A DNA stretch of 64,000 nt from Octopus sinensis (GCF_006345805.1 NC_043010.1:56296001-56360000); one strand, 5' to 3'. Shown: positions 1 to 12,598, numbered from the stretch's first letter. Made by a program: numbers and translations. Notes: generated by a model from the letters alone, not told the origin.

Positions 1-101
1 TTCAAATGGAGAATACTTTGAAGGCGATAAAAGTGTAAACGTGTAAAACTAAGTGAATAAAATAACATTGCAAAATTCCAGTTTCTCTTGGATACCACCT
101 C

Positions 102-104
<3 letters not shown>
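1..104 (+). mobile_element. 3' end of a mariner transposon (transposase C-terminus and right TIR), truncated by the window edge
   Basis: Translates as ...SNGEYFEGDK, a typical mariner C-terminus, and ends in CACCTCG-TA followed by (TA)n. Confidence 0.6.
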
Positions 105-131
<27 letters not shown>

Positions 132-135
<4 letters not shown>

Positions 136-426
136 ATCAAAATAAAAACATGATGCGAAGGATTCAGCGGTACATATGTTTCGGGCCTTTATTAGACAGA
201 TTTATAACAATGCATAATGTATGTCTGTGGCCTTCTTCAGCCGCGGCTGAAGAAGGCCACAGACATACATTATGCATTGTTATAAATCTGTCTAATAAAG
301 GCCCGAAACATATGTACCGCTGAATCCTTCGCATCATGTTTTTATTTTGATCAATTTACTCCACCACCTACACCACCAAACGGTATACACAGGTGCTTAT
401 AATTATCAAGTACTCACCCCGAATTT

Positions 427-430
<4 letters not shown>
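132..430. mobile_element. Short palindromic Penelope-like (pseudo-LTR-type) unit: 224-bp spacerless inverted repeat (132-355) plus an unpaired tail
   Basis: The arms 132-243 and 244-355 are reverse complements centred on CAGCCG|CGGCTG. The unit sits within (TA)n and contains hammerhead cores. Confidence 0.7.
243..320 (+). ncRNA. Type-I hammerhead ribozyme motif (mirror copy on the minus strand at 167-244)
   Basis: GCGG-CTGAAGA-AGGCC..GGCCC-GAAAC-ATAT-GTA-CCGC. Stem I GCGG/CCGC, stem II GGCC/GGCC, stem III AC/GT with palindromic ATAT loop, GUA cleavage triplet. Confidence 0.75.
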
Positions 431-468
<38 letters not shown>

Positions 469-554
469 GTGTGTGTGTGTGGTGTGTGTGTGTGTATACA
501 TGTATGTATGCATGTATATATGTATGTGTGTGTGTGTGTGCGTGTGTGTGTAAA

Positions 555-720
555 TGCATCCGACGGACTGGCCCATAGTTTCCGTCCAACAAATTGCCCT
601 CACAAATCACTGATCAACGAAGGTGTGAAGCAGAAGACCCTTGTCCAGTGAGTTACTGTGCCGTGGTATGGAACCCGGGATCAGGTAGACTCAAAAGAAT
701 CTTCTTAACCAAACACTATT
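555..720 (-). mobile_element. Decayed partial tRNA-derived SINE (same family as 31256-31660)
   Basis: AGTTTCCGTCCAACAAATT..CTCACAA..AGAAGAC matches the other SINE copies in this window. Confidence 0.5.
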
Positions 721-1184
721 ATATTCCTTGCAGCCATATTTCAGTTAACAAATTCGTTTCTATTTAATAACAAAGAGACCGACCGACAGACAGACAAACG
801 GACGGACAGACGTACACAAGGACGGACAGACGGTCGGGAACGATGGACACACAGGCAGACAGACGGACGGACGAATAGACAGACAGTCAAGCAGGTAAGG
901 AGGGAGGAAGGAAGGGGGTATTTGGGTAGGTAAGCCCTGAGCCTGTCGGGTAATCTACTTCGCTCTCAATGTACCCTGGCCCAAGAATGCCTCCCTCAAT
1001 CCGACTCCACCCGATTCAGTAACTCTTCTGATGAAATCCCAATCGTTATTAACAACAAAAGTGGTGCCACCCCTGTAACAGTAAACGGGTAATATCCGGA
1101 TGGATTAACTGGGTTTTTGATGGAACGGATTCTCTTCTATGTTTTGTGAAATGATTCCAGAACTTGAGGCAAAATAGATCTATT

Positions 1185-1590
1185 GCTGTTTAACCTTAGG
1201 TCAGCTCTGTCAGACAGACCTGATCAAGGCTACTCCAGTCGTGACCATCCTGTCTTTATGTGGAGAAGGGATTACAATGCTATCGTTCTTTTCATTAAAA
1301 GTGGTGAGATGTAATTTGAGGGAAAATTATTATTTCTAGTAGAACAGTGGCCACGTGGAGGATCCGTCTTTGATTCTGAGATAAAACAATAAGTATCACG
1401 AGGAGATTGTTGTAGTTGTTGTTGTTGTTGTTCAGCCGTCCTTCAGAAATAATTAAAGTCACTCCATCTGAGACCATCCTCTCTTATTTTTTCAACCATA
1501 ACGTACAATGTGATGTTCTTTTCTTTTTAAGACGTTAGGGTGTTGTTTGAGGATGTATTGGTTGCTATTTCTGGTTAAGCAACCTCATAT
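1185..1590 (+). repeat. Two decayed copies of an unclassified dispersed repeat (motif TGATTTGAGGGAGATTTGGCTGCTATTTCTAG); related pieces at ~2460-2545 (-), ~48420-48535, ~51110-51290 and ~61740
   Basis: A shared motif recurs at several places in the window. Confidence 0.45.
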
Positions 1591-1619
1591 TGTTGACTCA
1601 CCTGGTACACGTCTCCACA

Positions 1620-2400
1620 TCGAACCTAGAACCTGGACACAAATATTTATCCATCGATGTCAAATATTTCGGTGTGTCCGTGTGTCGTACACAACCATCC
1701 ATTAAATATTATAAATGTATAACAATATAAATCAACTGTTAAAGTAATTAGCATCTGGTGGGGAAGGGCAGTGAGACAAGATTTTATTTAATTATTCAAT
1801 TGGTGTCAGTCATTTGTCTGCGGCCATGCTGGATCACCCACTTTTCACTTCATTATCTCAGCCTCAACGTACACACACACATGCATGTTTTATTAAATAC
1901 ACGTTTATATTTAAGTTTTGTCTTTTTTGTTGTATATTTTTAATATTATTAACTTTTTTTATTGTTGTTAAAATGTATCTGCAATAAACTGCTAATACTT
2001 CTACAATCCACAAAATAATTAAAGATTTTTTTAAATACAATTCCTAATAATATTTAATTATAAAAATATTATAGGAATTTTAAAAAGAAACATTGAATAG
2101 CTTTGGGGGTCCAGTAGAATATAACAGAAATCAAAGGGATCCATAGGCAAAAAATGGTTGCGAAGGTTTCGACCTTCGCACCAAGGTTTTTTGGCTGTTA
2201 GCATCACACATCGGCTGTCACCTGTTGATTTGTGTGTTGCGATCAAAGTTTGACCGTTCGGTATTTTGTAATTTTATGTCAGTGGTGACTCGTTCATTTC
2301 TTGATGTGTTTACGTGTTGTGACATGAATGCGGTTTCCACAATTAATCTTTTGTTTTTGTGTAGAATTCGATAAAGTATTTAAATGTTCTCCTCTTGTAT
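1620..2400 (-). mobile_element. Possible highly decayed Penelope-like endonuclease region
   Basis: Weak translated resemblance (VETAFMSQH..., LTAKKPW...CYILLDP) to the C-terminal part of PLE GIY-YIG domains, with a degenerate CCGAAAT motif downstream at ~1665. Confidence 0.25.
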
Positions 2401-2582
2401 TTTCCTATTTAATTTCATCAAGTGGTGTGTGGTCCAATAATAACGACATGAATCAATGCTAAAGCCTCGAGGTGTTTTTCGACATGCTACGAAGAGCAGC
2501 TAAATCTCCCTCAAGTCACACAGTTCCGCTTTAAAAACAGGGACAAGTAGTAGTAGAAGTAGTAGTAGTAGTAGTAGTAGTA

Positions 2583-2623
<41 letters not shown>

Positions 2624-3252
2624 CTGCTGCTACTACTACTGCACCAACAGCAACAACAACGCCAACACTTTCTGAAGTTTATATTTTTTTCTCTTTGAAG
2701 CCCCGGCCTTTAAACCTTTAATTTCCTGATTCATTAGCAACATTAATTATTTACTTAATTATATACAAATTACAGAAATAATTGTAGAATTATTCTGATT
2801 CAGGGAAATATTTCAAATAAAGGCATTCTTTGAGCATTTCGTGCAAATATCGAGGAATTTGCTGGGGTGGACATAAATCGGGGTATATTGGGACGGGTAT
2901 AAAGTATGATTGCTGGACGGCGGTGGGGTGGGGCTTGAAATGCTGGAGTAGAGTTTGTGTCTGGTGTGTGAATGGATGGGGAAATACATGTCTGGAAGGG
3001 TTGGTGTACGTGTCGTTATACACACACAAGCACATACTCACACACACTCACAGATACACTCTCACACACACTCACTCACACACACGCATACACACACACA
3101 CTTGTCTTTGCAAACGCATGATTCCAGGTTTGATTATATTGCGCTCCACCTTGAGCCAGTGTCTTCTGCTCCACGTTGGTTTGTAGAATTCGGTGGACGA
3201 AAAGTATAAAACATTCCATTATGTGTGTGTGTGTGTGTGTGTGCGCGCGCGC

Positions 3253-3309
<57 letters not shown>

Positions 3310-3359
3310 ATATATACACGTACATACACGCACATCCATATACACGTATATGCAACGTT

Positions 3360-5063
3360 GGTAGACTCAACAGGCGTATCGATTGAGGACCCTTATCAAC
3401 AGAGTCAATTATTTGCCGAGGCTTTTTCAACTATTTTCAAACAAGATGATGGTCGTGAACCCCCTCCATTTGATAGATCGGTACCTCCAATGCTTCGATT
3501 GGTCATCACGCGGGACGAAGTCAAACGTGTTATTCAAGGCCTCGATGTCAACAAGGGTCACGGCCCTGACGGCATACACCCACGGGTTATCAAAGCGTTG
3601 GCTCCGGTCATCTGCGAGCCTTAACACGACTATTCAATATGTCATTGGCGACGGGTGTTATACCTGCAGACTGGAGAACAGCGATAATCTGCCCAATTTT
3701 CAAGAAAGGGAGCCGCGAAGACCCGCTTAACTACCGACCGGTTTCCCTTACATCAATAATCAGCAAGATGTTCGAAACCATCCTTAAGAAAAGTATGATG
3801 CTCCACCTCCTAAACACAGCCTCTATCTCTGATTCCCAACACGGTTCTCGTGCCGAAGAGATCATGCTTGACCAACTTACTAGTAATGGAAGAATTGGTG
3901 ACGCGCATCCTCGATGATAGTGATGCTGTTGACATCGTTTTATTGGACTTTGCCAAAGCTTTTGACTCGGTAAACCACCGCTTATTACTTGTCAAGCTTC
4001 AAGCATATAGTTTCCATCCGGATATTATACGATGGGTTGGTGCCTTCCTCTCAGATCGCTCCAAGTCCAAGTTAATGGTTCGCGGTCCGACGTCTCCAGT
4101 GCGAGCAGTGGCGTGCCTCAAGGTTCAGTGCTTGGACCCTTGTTGTTCTTAGTCTTCATAAATGACTTGCCCGACGACCTCACGCAACACACCCTTCTAT
4201 TTGCCGACGATATCAAACTGGTCGCTCCTCGCGGTAATATAGAGGATCTTCGTCAATGCCTCCACCAAATTTGGAAGTGGTCTAACGATTGGGACCTGTG
4301 TCTGAACGTATCAAAGTGCTGTCATCTGCCTGTCGGCTCTACTCCTGCAACTCAACTTGATTTCGAGCCGGGTCGTCTGCTGCTGGAGAGGACCGATCAG
4401 GTAAAGGACCTGGGTATCTTGGTGGATTCCTCCTTTTCGCCTTCGGCCCAGTGCGTCCATGCTGCCAATAAAGCACGCGGAATTCTGTTCTTGATTCGAC
4501 GGTCATTCGGAATGCTCACAGCAGCCATATTCCTACCACTCTATGTCACGCTGGTGAGACCCATATTGGAGTATGGGATTCAGGCCTCTTCTCCTTATCT
4601 CCTCAAAGACATACAGCATCTCGAAAGAGTCCAGAGGCTGGCTACCCGCATGGTTCATGGTCTCAAAAATTTGTCCTACGAAGAAGGCTGAGGACGCTCG
4701 ACCTTTATTCTCTTGAAAAACGCCGCCGCCGTGGTGATCTCATTCTCGCCCACAACATTATAAGCGGAAAGTGTAACCTCTCGAAAGAGCTGTTCTTCAC
4801 TCCTGCTCCAGAGCGTCGGCTGCGGGGTCATTCCGAAAAGCTCTACCTGCGACGATTTCATCTCAATCGAAGGAGAGGAGCATTCTCCGTCCGGGTTGCG
4901 GATCCGTGGAACAAGCTGCCAGACGAGATGGTGAAGATGCCGACGACCGCTTTGTTCAAAGCCTCCCTGGACCTCAAGTGGCCCGAACTCTTTACATGAA
5001 CACCACCCTGTACTTAACTCCATGTCCCCCTACATGGCCTTGCTATTTGCTTTTGAGCCAAAT

Positions 5064-5094
<31 letters not shown>
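3360..5094 (+). mobile_element. 5'-truncated CR1/L2-clade LINE with frameshifted RT and (CTAA)n 3' tail
   Basis: GPDGIHP, NYRPVSLTS, LDFAKAFDSVNH, GVPQGSVLGPLLF, FADD, LERVQRLAT; tail TAACTAAC at 5064-5094. Confidence 0.93.
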
Positions 5095-5095
<1 letters not shown>

Positions 5096-5365
5096 GTACA
5101 TACACACACACATACACACACAAACAAGCAGGTGAGAGGATGCACGAGGTGTTGCATGAATTAGTTTTAGACAAACTTCCACGGTCAGTTCCTGCTGGTT
5201 CTACTTGAGCTCTCATCTATTCATAGGTTGATAGAACAGATACCAGTAATATACTGGAGTTAGGTTAAATCAACGACAGCAGCCCCAACTCTTAACCTAA
5301 TCAGAGATTAAAAAATTACTATTTTTTTAAATCTCACAACGAGAGATATTCAGCAACAGCACTTA

Positions 5366-5744
5366 GGGGTAAAAATTATTTGGCAGTCCTGGTTTAGGAC
5401 GAATGTTGATGTTATCTAGCCCCAGGAGACATCGTCTCCAGCTGCCTATACGACATGAACTGTGTCCTTATATCTTTGAACAAGGGAATATAGCCCCCCC
5501 CCCCTCAGCTCAAAACAATATCTGTGTATCGCGATTTCAGGGATGAAGAGAAATAACCCAGAAATCGTGATACACAGATATTGTTTTGAGCTGACTTGGG
5601 GTGCTAGATTCCCTTGTTCGAAAATATAAGGACACAGTTCGTGTCGTATAGCCAGCTGGAGACGATGTCTCCTGGGGCTAAATTACAGCAACATTCGTCC
5701 TAAACCAGGACTGCCATGTTATGTTGGCAAACAATCTTTACCCC
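5366..5744. mobile_element. Foldback MITE, ~380 bp, almost entirely inverted repeat
   Basis: Termini TA-GGGGTAAA...TTTACCCC-TA; the arms pair along most of their length around a short central loop at ~5540-5556. Confidence 0.85.
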
Positions 5745-6005
5745 TAATTAGAGAGAAATTATTGTATTCAAGTAGCTTTTCCCAATTTGTTAAAACCAAG
5801 ATGGCGGCAGGAAGACAGTTGGACGCATTACGTTGTTCTGTTTAGATGAACATTGGAACAATGAAATGAGAAACAAAAGGAGTTTAATCCGGAATTATAC
5901 AAACATTTAGTTCGGCGATATCACCACCTAATTAATCGAAAATTTAAATATTTATTTTTCACTCCCCTCCACTTCATTCATCTCCCCATACCAGACTGCT
6001 GACTC

Positions 6006-6048
<43 letters not shown>

Positions 6049-6159
6049 CTCTCTCCCCCCTTTTATCTATCTAGCTTCATTTCTTCCATTATTTATTGAA
6101 ACCTAACACAACTTGTGCTTCTTCTTCTTCACTCTCATCTCTTTGCTCACCTCAATACC

Positions 6160-6204
6160 CTTAGTCATCTTAGTCACCTTAGTCATCTTAGTCACCTTAG
6201 TCAC
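6160..6204. repeat. 9-bp tandem repeat (YCTTAGTCA) x5
   Basis: Seen directly in the sequence. Confidence 0.8.
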
Positions 6205-6282
6205 AACTCCACACAAGTTTCACTTTATTTACACCGTCTTGACGGTAACACACCCACACACACTCTCTCCCTCCCTCCCTCA

Positions 6283-6314
<32 letters not shown>

Positions 6315-6955
6315 GATTCAAGTGGAGGAGACACCTCCAAACCATTAGGCCAGTCCAACTGACCAAACTCCTCCAAACCCCTCACACCAACTGACCAAAT
6401 CGCTCTACACACTCTCCCTTTCTCTCCCCCACTCTTACTCTCTCACTTTCTCTCTCCCCCTCTCTCTCTCTTTCTCTATCTTTCTTTCTTTCTATCTATT
6501 TCGGTAGATTATCGATATCTTCTTTGTATTCCAGATAATTAAATATTCGACAGGTTATGGCGTGTTTTGCTGATATTGGCGCCATCCAGTGGCTGTGTGG
6601 TTTGGGCAGTTCAGCTAGATGAGGCTTTCAAACATTTATAATTCCACATGAAATGTATATTGGTCGCCCTTCTAATACATGTGTGTGTGTGTGTCTGTGC
6701 CTGTGTGTGGATGTGTATGTGTTTGTTGTTACATATGAGTGTGTGTGTGAGTGTAAGCATCACAAAGAGGGAGAAATAATGAAAACCTTATTTAAAGGTC
6801 ATCATTTTCATTGAAAGTATGCGACTTACACCACACAAACATATATATATATATAGATTGATAGATAGATAGAACCACACACGTATATATTTGTGCATCT
6901 ACCTACCCACCAACCTACCTATCTGTCTGTCTCTGTCTCTCTCTCTCCCTCTATG

Positions 6956-7004
<49 letters not shown>

Positions 7005-7383
7005 TTGCAAGCATACATACATACATACTATCCCCCAACTACACCCCCGCACAGACAAGCACAAACATAAATACACAAAAACACACTCATCTACACACAC
7101 ACACACAGTTCCACAAATCGCCAACGAAACCCGAAGATATCACGAAGTGCCTCTCTGTTGATACTTCGACCAACTTTAAACTCTAATGATGTCCACCAAT
7201 TGATGGACGACACCACCGCCGCCGCCATGTTCACCTGGTCATGTGATGGCAGCTGAAACCTGAAACGAGACTCCTTCTTTTGAACATGAAACTAATTGTG
7301 ACACAGGGTTGATTCGGGGAAGGGTGTGTGTTTGTGTGTGTATTAGCGAGTATATATATGAGTTTATGTGTGTGTGTGTGTGT

Positions 7384-7481
<98 letters not shown>

Positions 7482-7768
7482 TGTTGTCTATGTATGTGCG
7501 TATTACTGTGTCCATATATTCAGGCACTGATGTATGTATATACGGGTGTAAACGATGACGGAAAGCTATCTCTCGCTCGCTCACTCACTCTCTCTATCTC
7601 TCTCTGTCTCTCTCGCTCCCCCTCTCTCTCTCTGACAGTCACGTGACACAATTCCCTAATCTCTCCAATGTTTCACTCATCTCTGCTTTGACGTGACCCC
7701 TACAAGCTGACCCCAAAAAACTGACATCGCTTCACAAGTTTACCTCTGCATATCACTCATCCGTTGAG

Positions 7769-7804
<36 letters not shown>

Positions 7805-7936
7805 ATATATTAAATGATGGGCGTTATCTAAAGCTAGGCTCGTGCAACGACGTCAGTCTTTGAGTTCAAATTTCAAGAGGTCACATCATATACATGTTTT
7901 GCATGGATGTGTTTGAATGTGTATGTGATTCATATA

Positions 7937-8015
7937 CGAGGGTATGCTGAAAAGTTCCTGGTTTTAAGGGTATTGCGAAAGGCCGGGCTGGAAGTTCAAC
8001 CTCCAGAGTTCTTTA
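7937..8015 (+). mobile_element. Left arm of a mariner-type MITE split by nested insertions
   Basis: TA-CGAGGGTATGCTGAAAAGTTCCTGG... is the reverse complement of 10914-10993. Confidence 0.75.
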
Positions 8016-8023
8016 TATATATA

Positions 8024-8533
8024 CTAGCAGTATCGCCCGGCGTTGCTCGGGTTTGTAAGGGAAATAACTATATAAGCATTTTTAGAGAGTTACTTCCCTT
8101 ATAGATGCCAATTCGGGCTTTCTTAGCCATTTCTGTTTTGGTGTCTTCAAGCCATGAAGTCGTTGTTCTAAAAGAACGCTGGTCTCCTTGACAACGCTTT
8201 ACGACGTTGATTTCCTTACATTCCCTTCCCCACAGTTTCACGAGGGAGGGAAGAAGGGGGAGAAGCAAACAGGTGCAGGTGTGACCATGGACGCCAACTC
8301 CGCCGCCATCGACACACGAAAAATTATGCATTAAAATGGAATAAAAAAATGATGTTAAATTATTTTTAAAATCGTAGACTCATCGTAGACGCGCGCTAAT
8401 AGCCAGACGGGCTCCATATGAATCACGACTATAAGATACCCGAATTTGGTGAAACAGCACCGCAAAATGTGGGAGTAGTTAGGAATCTAAATCGAAGGGG
8501 ACAGACACTCACACAACTACAGTTTTATATATA
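8024..8533 (-). mobile_element. Non-autonomous Helitron-type element, copy 1 of a tandem dimer
   Basis: On the minus strand it ends in a hairpin (CCCGAGCAACGCCGGG) followed by CGATACTG-CTAG|T; it is highly similar to 8536-9041. Confidence 0.75.
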
Positions 8534-8535
8534 TA

Positions 8536-9041
8536 CTAGCAGTATCGCCCGGCGTTGCTCGGGTTTGTAAGGGAAATAACTATATAAGCATTTTTAGAGA
8601 GTTACTTCCCTTATAAATTCGGGCTTTCTTAGCCATTTTTGTTTTGGTGTCTTCAAGCCATGAAGTCGTTGTTCTAAAAGAACGCTGGTTTCCTTCACAG
8701 CGCATTACGACGTTGATTTCCTTACACTCCCTTCCCCACAGCTTCACGAGGTAGGGAAGGGGGAGAAGCAAACAGGTGCAGATGTGAGCGTGGACGCCAA
8801 CTCCGCCGCCATCGACACACGATGCATTTTATGCATTAAAATGGAATAAAAAATGATGTTAAATTATTTTTAAAATCGTAGACTCATCGTTGACGCGCGC
8901 TAATAGTCAGACGGGCTCGATATGAATCACGACTTTAAGATACCCGAATTTGGTTAAACTGCACCGCAAAATGTGGGAGGAGTTAGGAATCTAAATCGAA
9001 GGGGACAGACACTCACACAACTAGAGATTTATATATATAGA
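8536..9041 (-). mobile_element. Non-autonomous Helitron-type element, copy 2 of a tandem dimer
   Basis: On the minus strand it starts A|TC and ends with hairpin-CTAG|T; direct repeat of copy 1. Confidence 0.75.
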
Positions 9042-9109
9042 TATATATATATATAATATATATATATAATATATATATATATATATAGATATATATAGCG
9101 CATGCATAT

Positions 9110-9225
9110 AAACTTCGAATGACCCGTCCTCGTTTTCTTTGTATCGTCTATCTGGATGTTTTGTTGTCCCTTTTTGTATCACCTAACTGTCCAGATGTTT
9201 TGCGTTCTTATCCCATTTTGTATTT

Positions 9226-9228
<3 letters not shown>
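9110..9228 (+). repeat. Fragment of a dispersed repeat also present at ~55930-56066 (-)
   Basis: Shared CTTCGAATG(A/T)CCCGTCCT..TTCTT(T)GT..CGTCT motif. Confidence 0.45.
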
Positions 9229-9292
<64 letters not shown>

Positions 9293-9295
<3 letters not shown>

Positions 9296-10870
9296 CATGC
9301 CCTGATAAAACCCCTCCAGATTCTCTTCCAGAGCTTTCTTGCAAATGGCAAACTGGCAAGCAAGCTGAAGGAGGGAATAATATGCCCAATCCATAAAGGG
9401 GGAAGCAGAGCAGATGCCAAAAACTATAGGCCTATCTCTCTGACTTCACACATCAGCAAAGTCATGGAAAAGATAGTCAAAAGGAAACTAATCACATTCC
9501 TTGAGGAAAATAACTTGCTGAGTGATACCCAGCATGGTTTTCGACCAGGTAGGAGCTGCCTGACCCAGCTCTTACAACATTATGACTGGGTGTTGAGGCA
9601 GTTACTCAACAAATCAAATGTGGATGTAATATACCTTGATTTTGCAAAAGCTTTTGACAAGGTGGATCATGGTATGATATGCCACAAACTGCGTGACCTC
9701 GGCATAGCTGGAAAACTTGGAGTGTGGTTAAATGACTTCCTGAAAGATAGGAGTTAGGCAGTAGTGGCTAATGGAACCACCTCTATGAACACACAAATAG
9801 TGAGTGGTGTTCCACAGGGCACTGTCTTGGGATCACTGCTTTTTATAGTGGCCCTCTCAGATATGCCCTCAAATGCCCGGATAGCCACTCTGGCAAGCTA
9901 TGCAGATGATACGAAAGTCTCACAGAAAATACAGAATCCCAGCGATGTTGCACATCTGCAACAGGAGTTGGACTCAATCTACAGATGGGCTGAGGATAAT
10001 AATATGCAATTTAATGCTGAAAAATTCCAGGCCCTGCGCTACCAGCATCCAAAACTGAATATTAAACTTACAGGATACACCGGTCCACAGGGAATTTCAA
10101 TCCCAGAGCCTAAGTATGTGAGGGACCTGGGTATCGACATGAGTGATGATACCTCTTTCCAAGTGCACATTACCAGGATGGCGGCAAAGTACAGACGACT
10201 GGCTGAATGGATCCTAAGAACATTCAGAACCAGAGATAAGGAAACTGTGATGGTCCTCTGGCGGACATTTGTCCTCAGCCGCCTGGATTACTGCTCACAG
10301 CTATGGTCACCCACCAGTGTGAGATTAACAGCGGAGCTTGAAGCAATCCAGAGAAGATTCACAAAGAAGATCGTCTCTTTGCAACAGCTCAGCTACTGGG
10401 AAAGGTTGAAACAGCTAAGATTCTACTCCCTGGAGAGAAGACGGGAGAGGTATGCAGTAATATATGTCTGGAAGATCCTGGAAGGAATTGTGCCAAATTT
10501 TGGCATTGAAAGCTACACCAATGCCAGAACGGGACGACACTGCATAGTGTCAAAGATCCCAGCAATGCCATCACGCTTCAGGACCTGTTACTGCAACAGC
10601 CTGGGTTTCAAGGGCCTACAGCTTTTTAATATTCTCCCCAAACGTCTGAGGAACTTGCGCAAAGTAGATGTAGGGTTTTTAAAATCAAAGCTGGACATCT
10701 TCTTGTCAAGAGTCCCAGATGAACCTACCTTACGGCAAGAGGTGCAAATGAGGTTAACTCTATCAAACTCCATTCTTCATCAAGTGCCACATATTGGAGG
10801 AGGCTCCTAGTAATAGCAGTGTAGCGCAGAACGGCGGTGCATCAGCATGGCCGCGGCTCTGAGCTGAAAC

Positions 10871-10873
<3 letters not shown>
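9293..10873 (+). mobile_element. 5'-truncated CR1-clade LINE; RT nearly intact with one in-frame stop at 9755-9757
   Basis: NYRPISLTSH, YLDFAKAFDKVDH, GVPQGTVLG, YADD, YSLERRRERY. Confidence 0.93.
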
Positions 10874-10913
<40 letters not shown>

Positions 10914-10919
<6 letters not shown>

Positions 10920-10993
10920 AACTCGGGAAGTTGGACTTCCAAACAGGCCTTTCGCAATGACCTTAAAGCCAGGAATTTTTCAGCACGCCCTCT
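10914..10993 (-). mobile_element. Right arm of the split mariner-type MITE
   Basis: Reverse complement of 7937-8015. Confidence 0.75.
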
Positions 10994-11044
10994 TATATGT
11001 ATCACACACACACACATTCTTTTATTATATATTCGTTTATTCTT

Positions 11045-11249
11045 TTACTTGTTTCAGTCATTTGACTGCGGCCATGCTGGAGCACCGCCTTTAGTCGAGC
11101 AAATCGACCCAGGACTTATACTTTGTAAGCCTAGTATTTATTCTATCGGTTCTTTTGTCGAACCGCTAAGTTACGGGGACGTAAAAACACCAGCATCCGT
11201 TTTCAAGCGATGTTGGGGGGCAAACACAAGCACACACACACGAATGCAC

Positions 11250-11311
<62 letters not shown>

Positions 11312-11420
11312 GACGGGTTTCTTTCAGTTCCGTCTACCAAATCCACTCACAAGGCTTTGGTCGACCCAAGGCTATAGTAAAGACACTTGCCCAACGTGCC
11401 ACGCAGTAGGATTGAACCCG
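11045..11420 (-). mobile_element. tRNA-derived SINE (family A) with an internal (TA/CA)n tract, head truncated
   Basis: Matches 31256-31660 in reverse. Confidence 0.85.
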
Positions 11421-11599
11421 ATATATATATAAAGTCGAATTTAAAGTCGAAGAATGAAGGCTTAGAAAGTCGGTGTTAAACAGTGTCCAAAGCTTGTCTG
11501 CAGAGCACGTTCACCACCTATGGCTATCAGGCGTCATCAGCGATACCGTACGTTCGTCGTCGGATCTATGTCCGGTATTCCGAGGTGCACGTAGGGTAT

Positions 11600-11917
11600 A
11601 TTTTAAAAGATTAATACGGAAGACAGAGTATTTATTAGCATGACAATCATTTCGGCTTCATTCAGTTCCCAGATTTACTTTTCATTTTTGCTTCAAGTTT
11701 TATGCTGATGGTGTGAATCTAGCAGTTGGGACACCATCAGCATAAAACTTGAAGTAAATCTGGGAACACGTGAAGCATCTTACATCACCTGATGAGGCTT
11801 TTTTCCAATGTGCGTAGCATCTGGTGTTATAACATCGCTCCACGCCCACTAGGGAGCAGTGCAGAATGAAGCCGAAACGATTGTTGTGGTCCCTCTTCCG
11901 AATTAATTCTTTAAAAT
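11600..11917. mobile_element. Imperfect nested-palindrome Penelope-like unit containing a hammerhead
   Basis: Outer IR ~11600-11663 / 11864-11917 and inner IR ~11665-11714 / 11731-11767. Confidence 0.6.
11784..11890 (+). ncRNA. Type-I hammerhead motif with an extended stem II loop
   Basis: ATCAC-CTGATGA-GGCTT...AAGCC-GAAAC-GATT-GTT-GTGGT. The partial inverted copy reads GAAAT-GATT-GTC. Confidence 0.65.
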
Positions 11918-12123
11918 GTGTGTGTGTGTGCGCGCGTGAGAGAGAGAGAGTGTATGTGTATACACATTACAAACTTACATATAATGACCACCTCAAATAA
12001 ATGACCACCTCAAAGTACATCTGTTTCAACACACAATTTCACATTACAAATCTTGCAAAATAATTTGATATATATATATACATATTTGAATATGTGTACG
12101 TGCGTACATCCATACACACATAC

Positions 12124-12252
12124 AGGCGTGGCTGTGTGGTAAAAAGCTTGCTTCCCAACCATGGTTCTGGGTTCAATCCCATTGCGTGGCACCTTGGGCA
12201 AGTGTTTTCTTCTATAGAGTGGATTTGGTTAACGGAAACTGAAAATAGTCCG

Positions 12253-12308
<56 letters not shown>

Positions 12309-12485
12309 CGCTTAACAACTGGTGCTGGTGTGAATATGCCACCGTAACTTAGCGGTTCAGCAAAAGATATCAATAGAATAAATAATAGGCTTTAAAAAAA
12401 TTACTAGGGTCGACTAAGTTCACTAAAAAGAAATTCAAGACGGTGCCCCAGCATGGCCGCAGTCTGATAATTGAAAGAAGAGAAA
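12124..12485 (+). mobile_element. tRNA-derived SINE (family A), diverged
   Basis: A box TGGCTGTGTGG, B box GGTTCAATCCC, family body and tail. Confidence 0.85.
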
Positions 12486-12598
12486 GAGGAAAGATACATC
12501 CATCCTTCCATACATACATATATACATACATATATGTTTCGTTCTGTTATGAGCATGTGCGTGTGTGCGTGTATAATATATATATATATATATATATA

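Noticed and set aside
2159-2180. 9-bp hairpin with TTCG loop followed by a T-run (intrinsic-terminator-like)
   Set aside because: Eukaryotic context, single occurrence and no associated gene.
5064-5094. Telomere-like (CTAA)n tract
   Set aside because: It is the 3' tail of the CR1/L2 element, not TTAGGG or TTAGG repeats.
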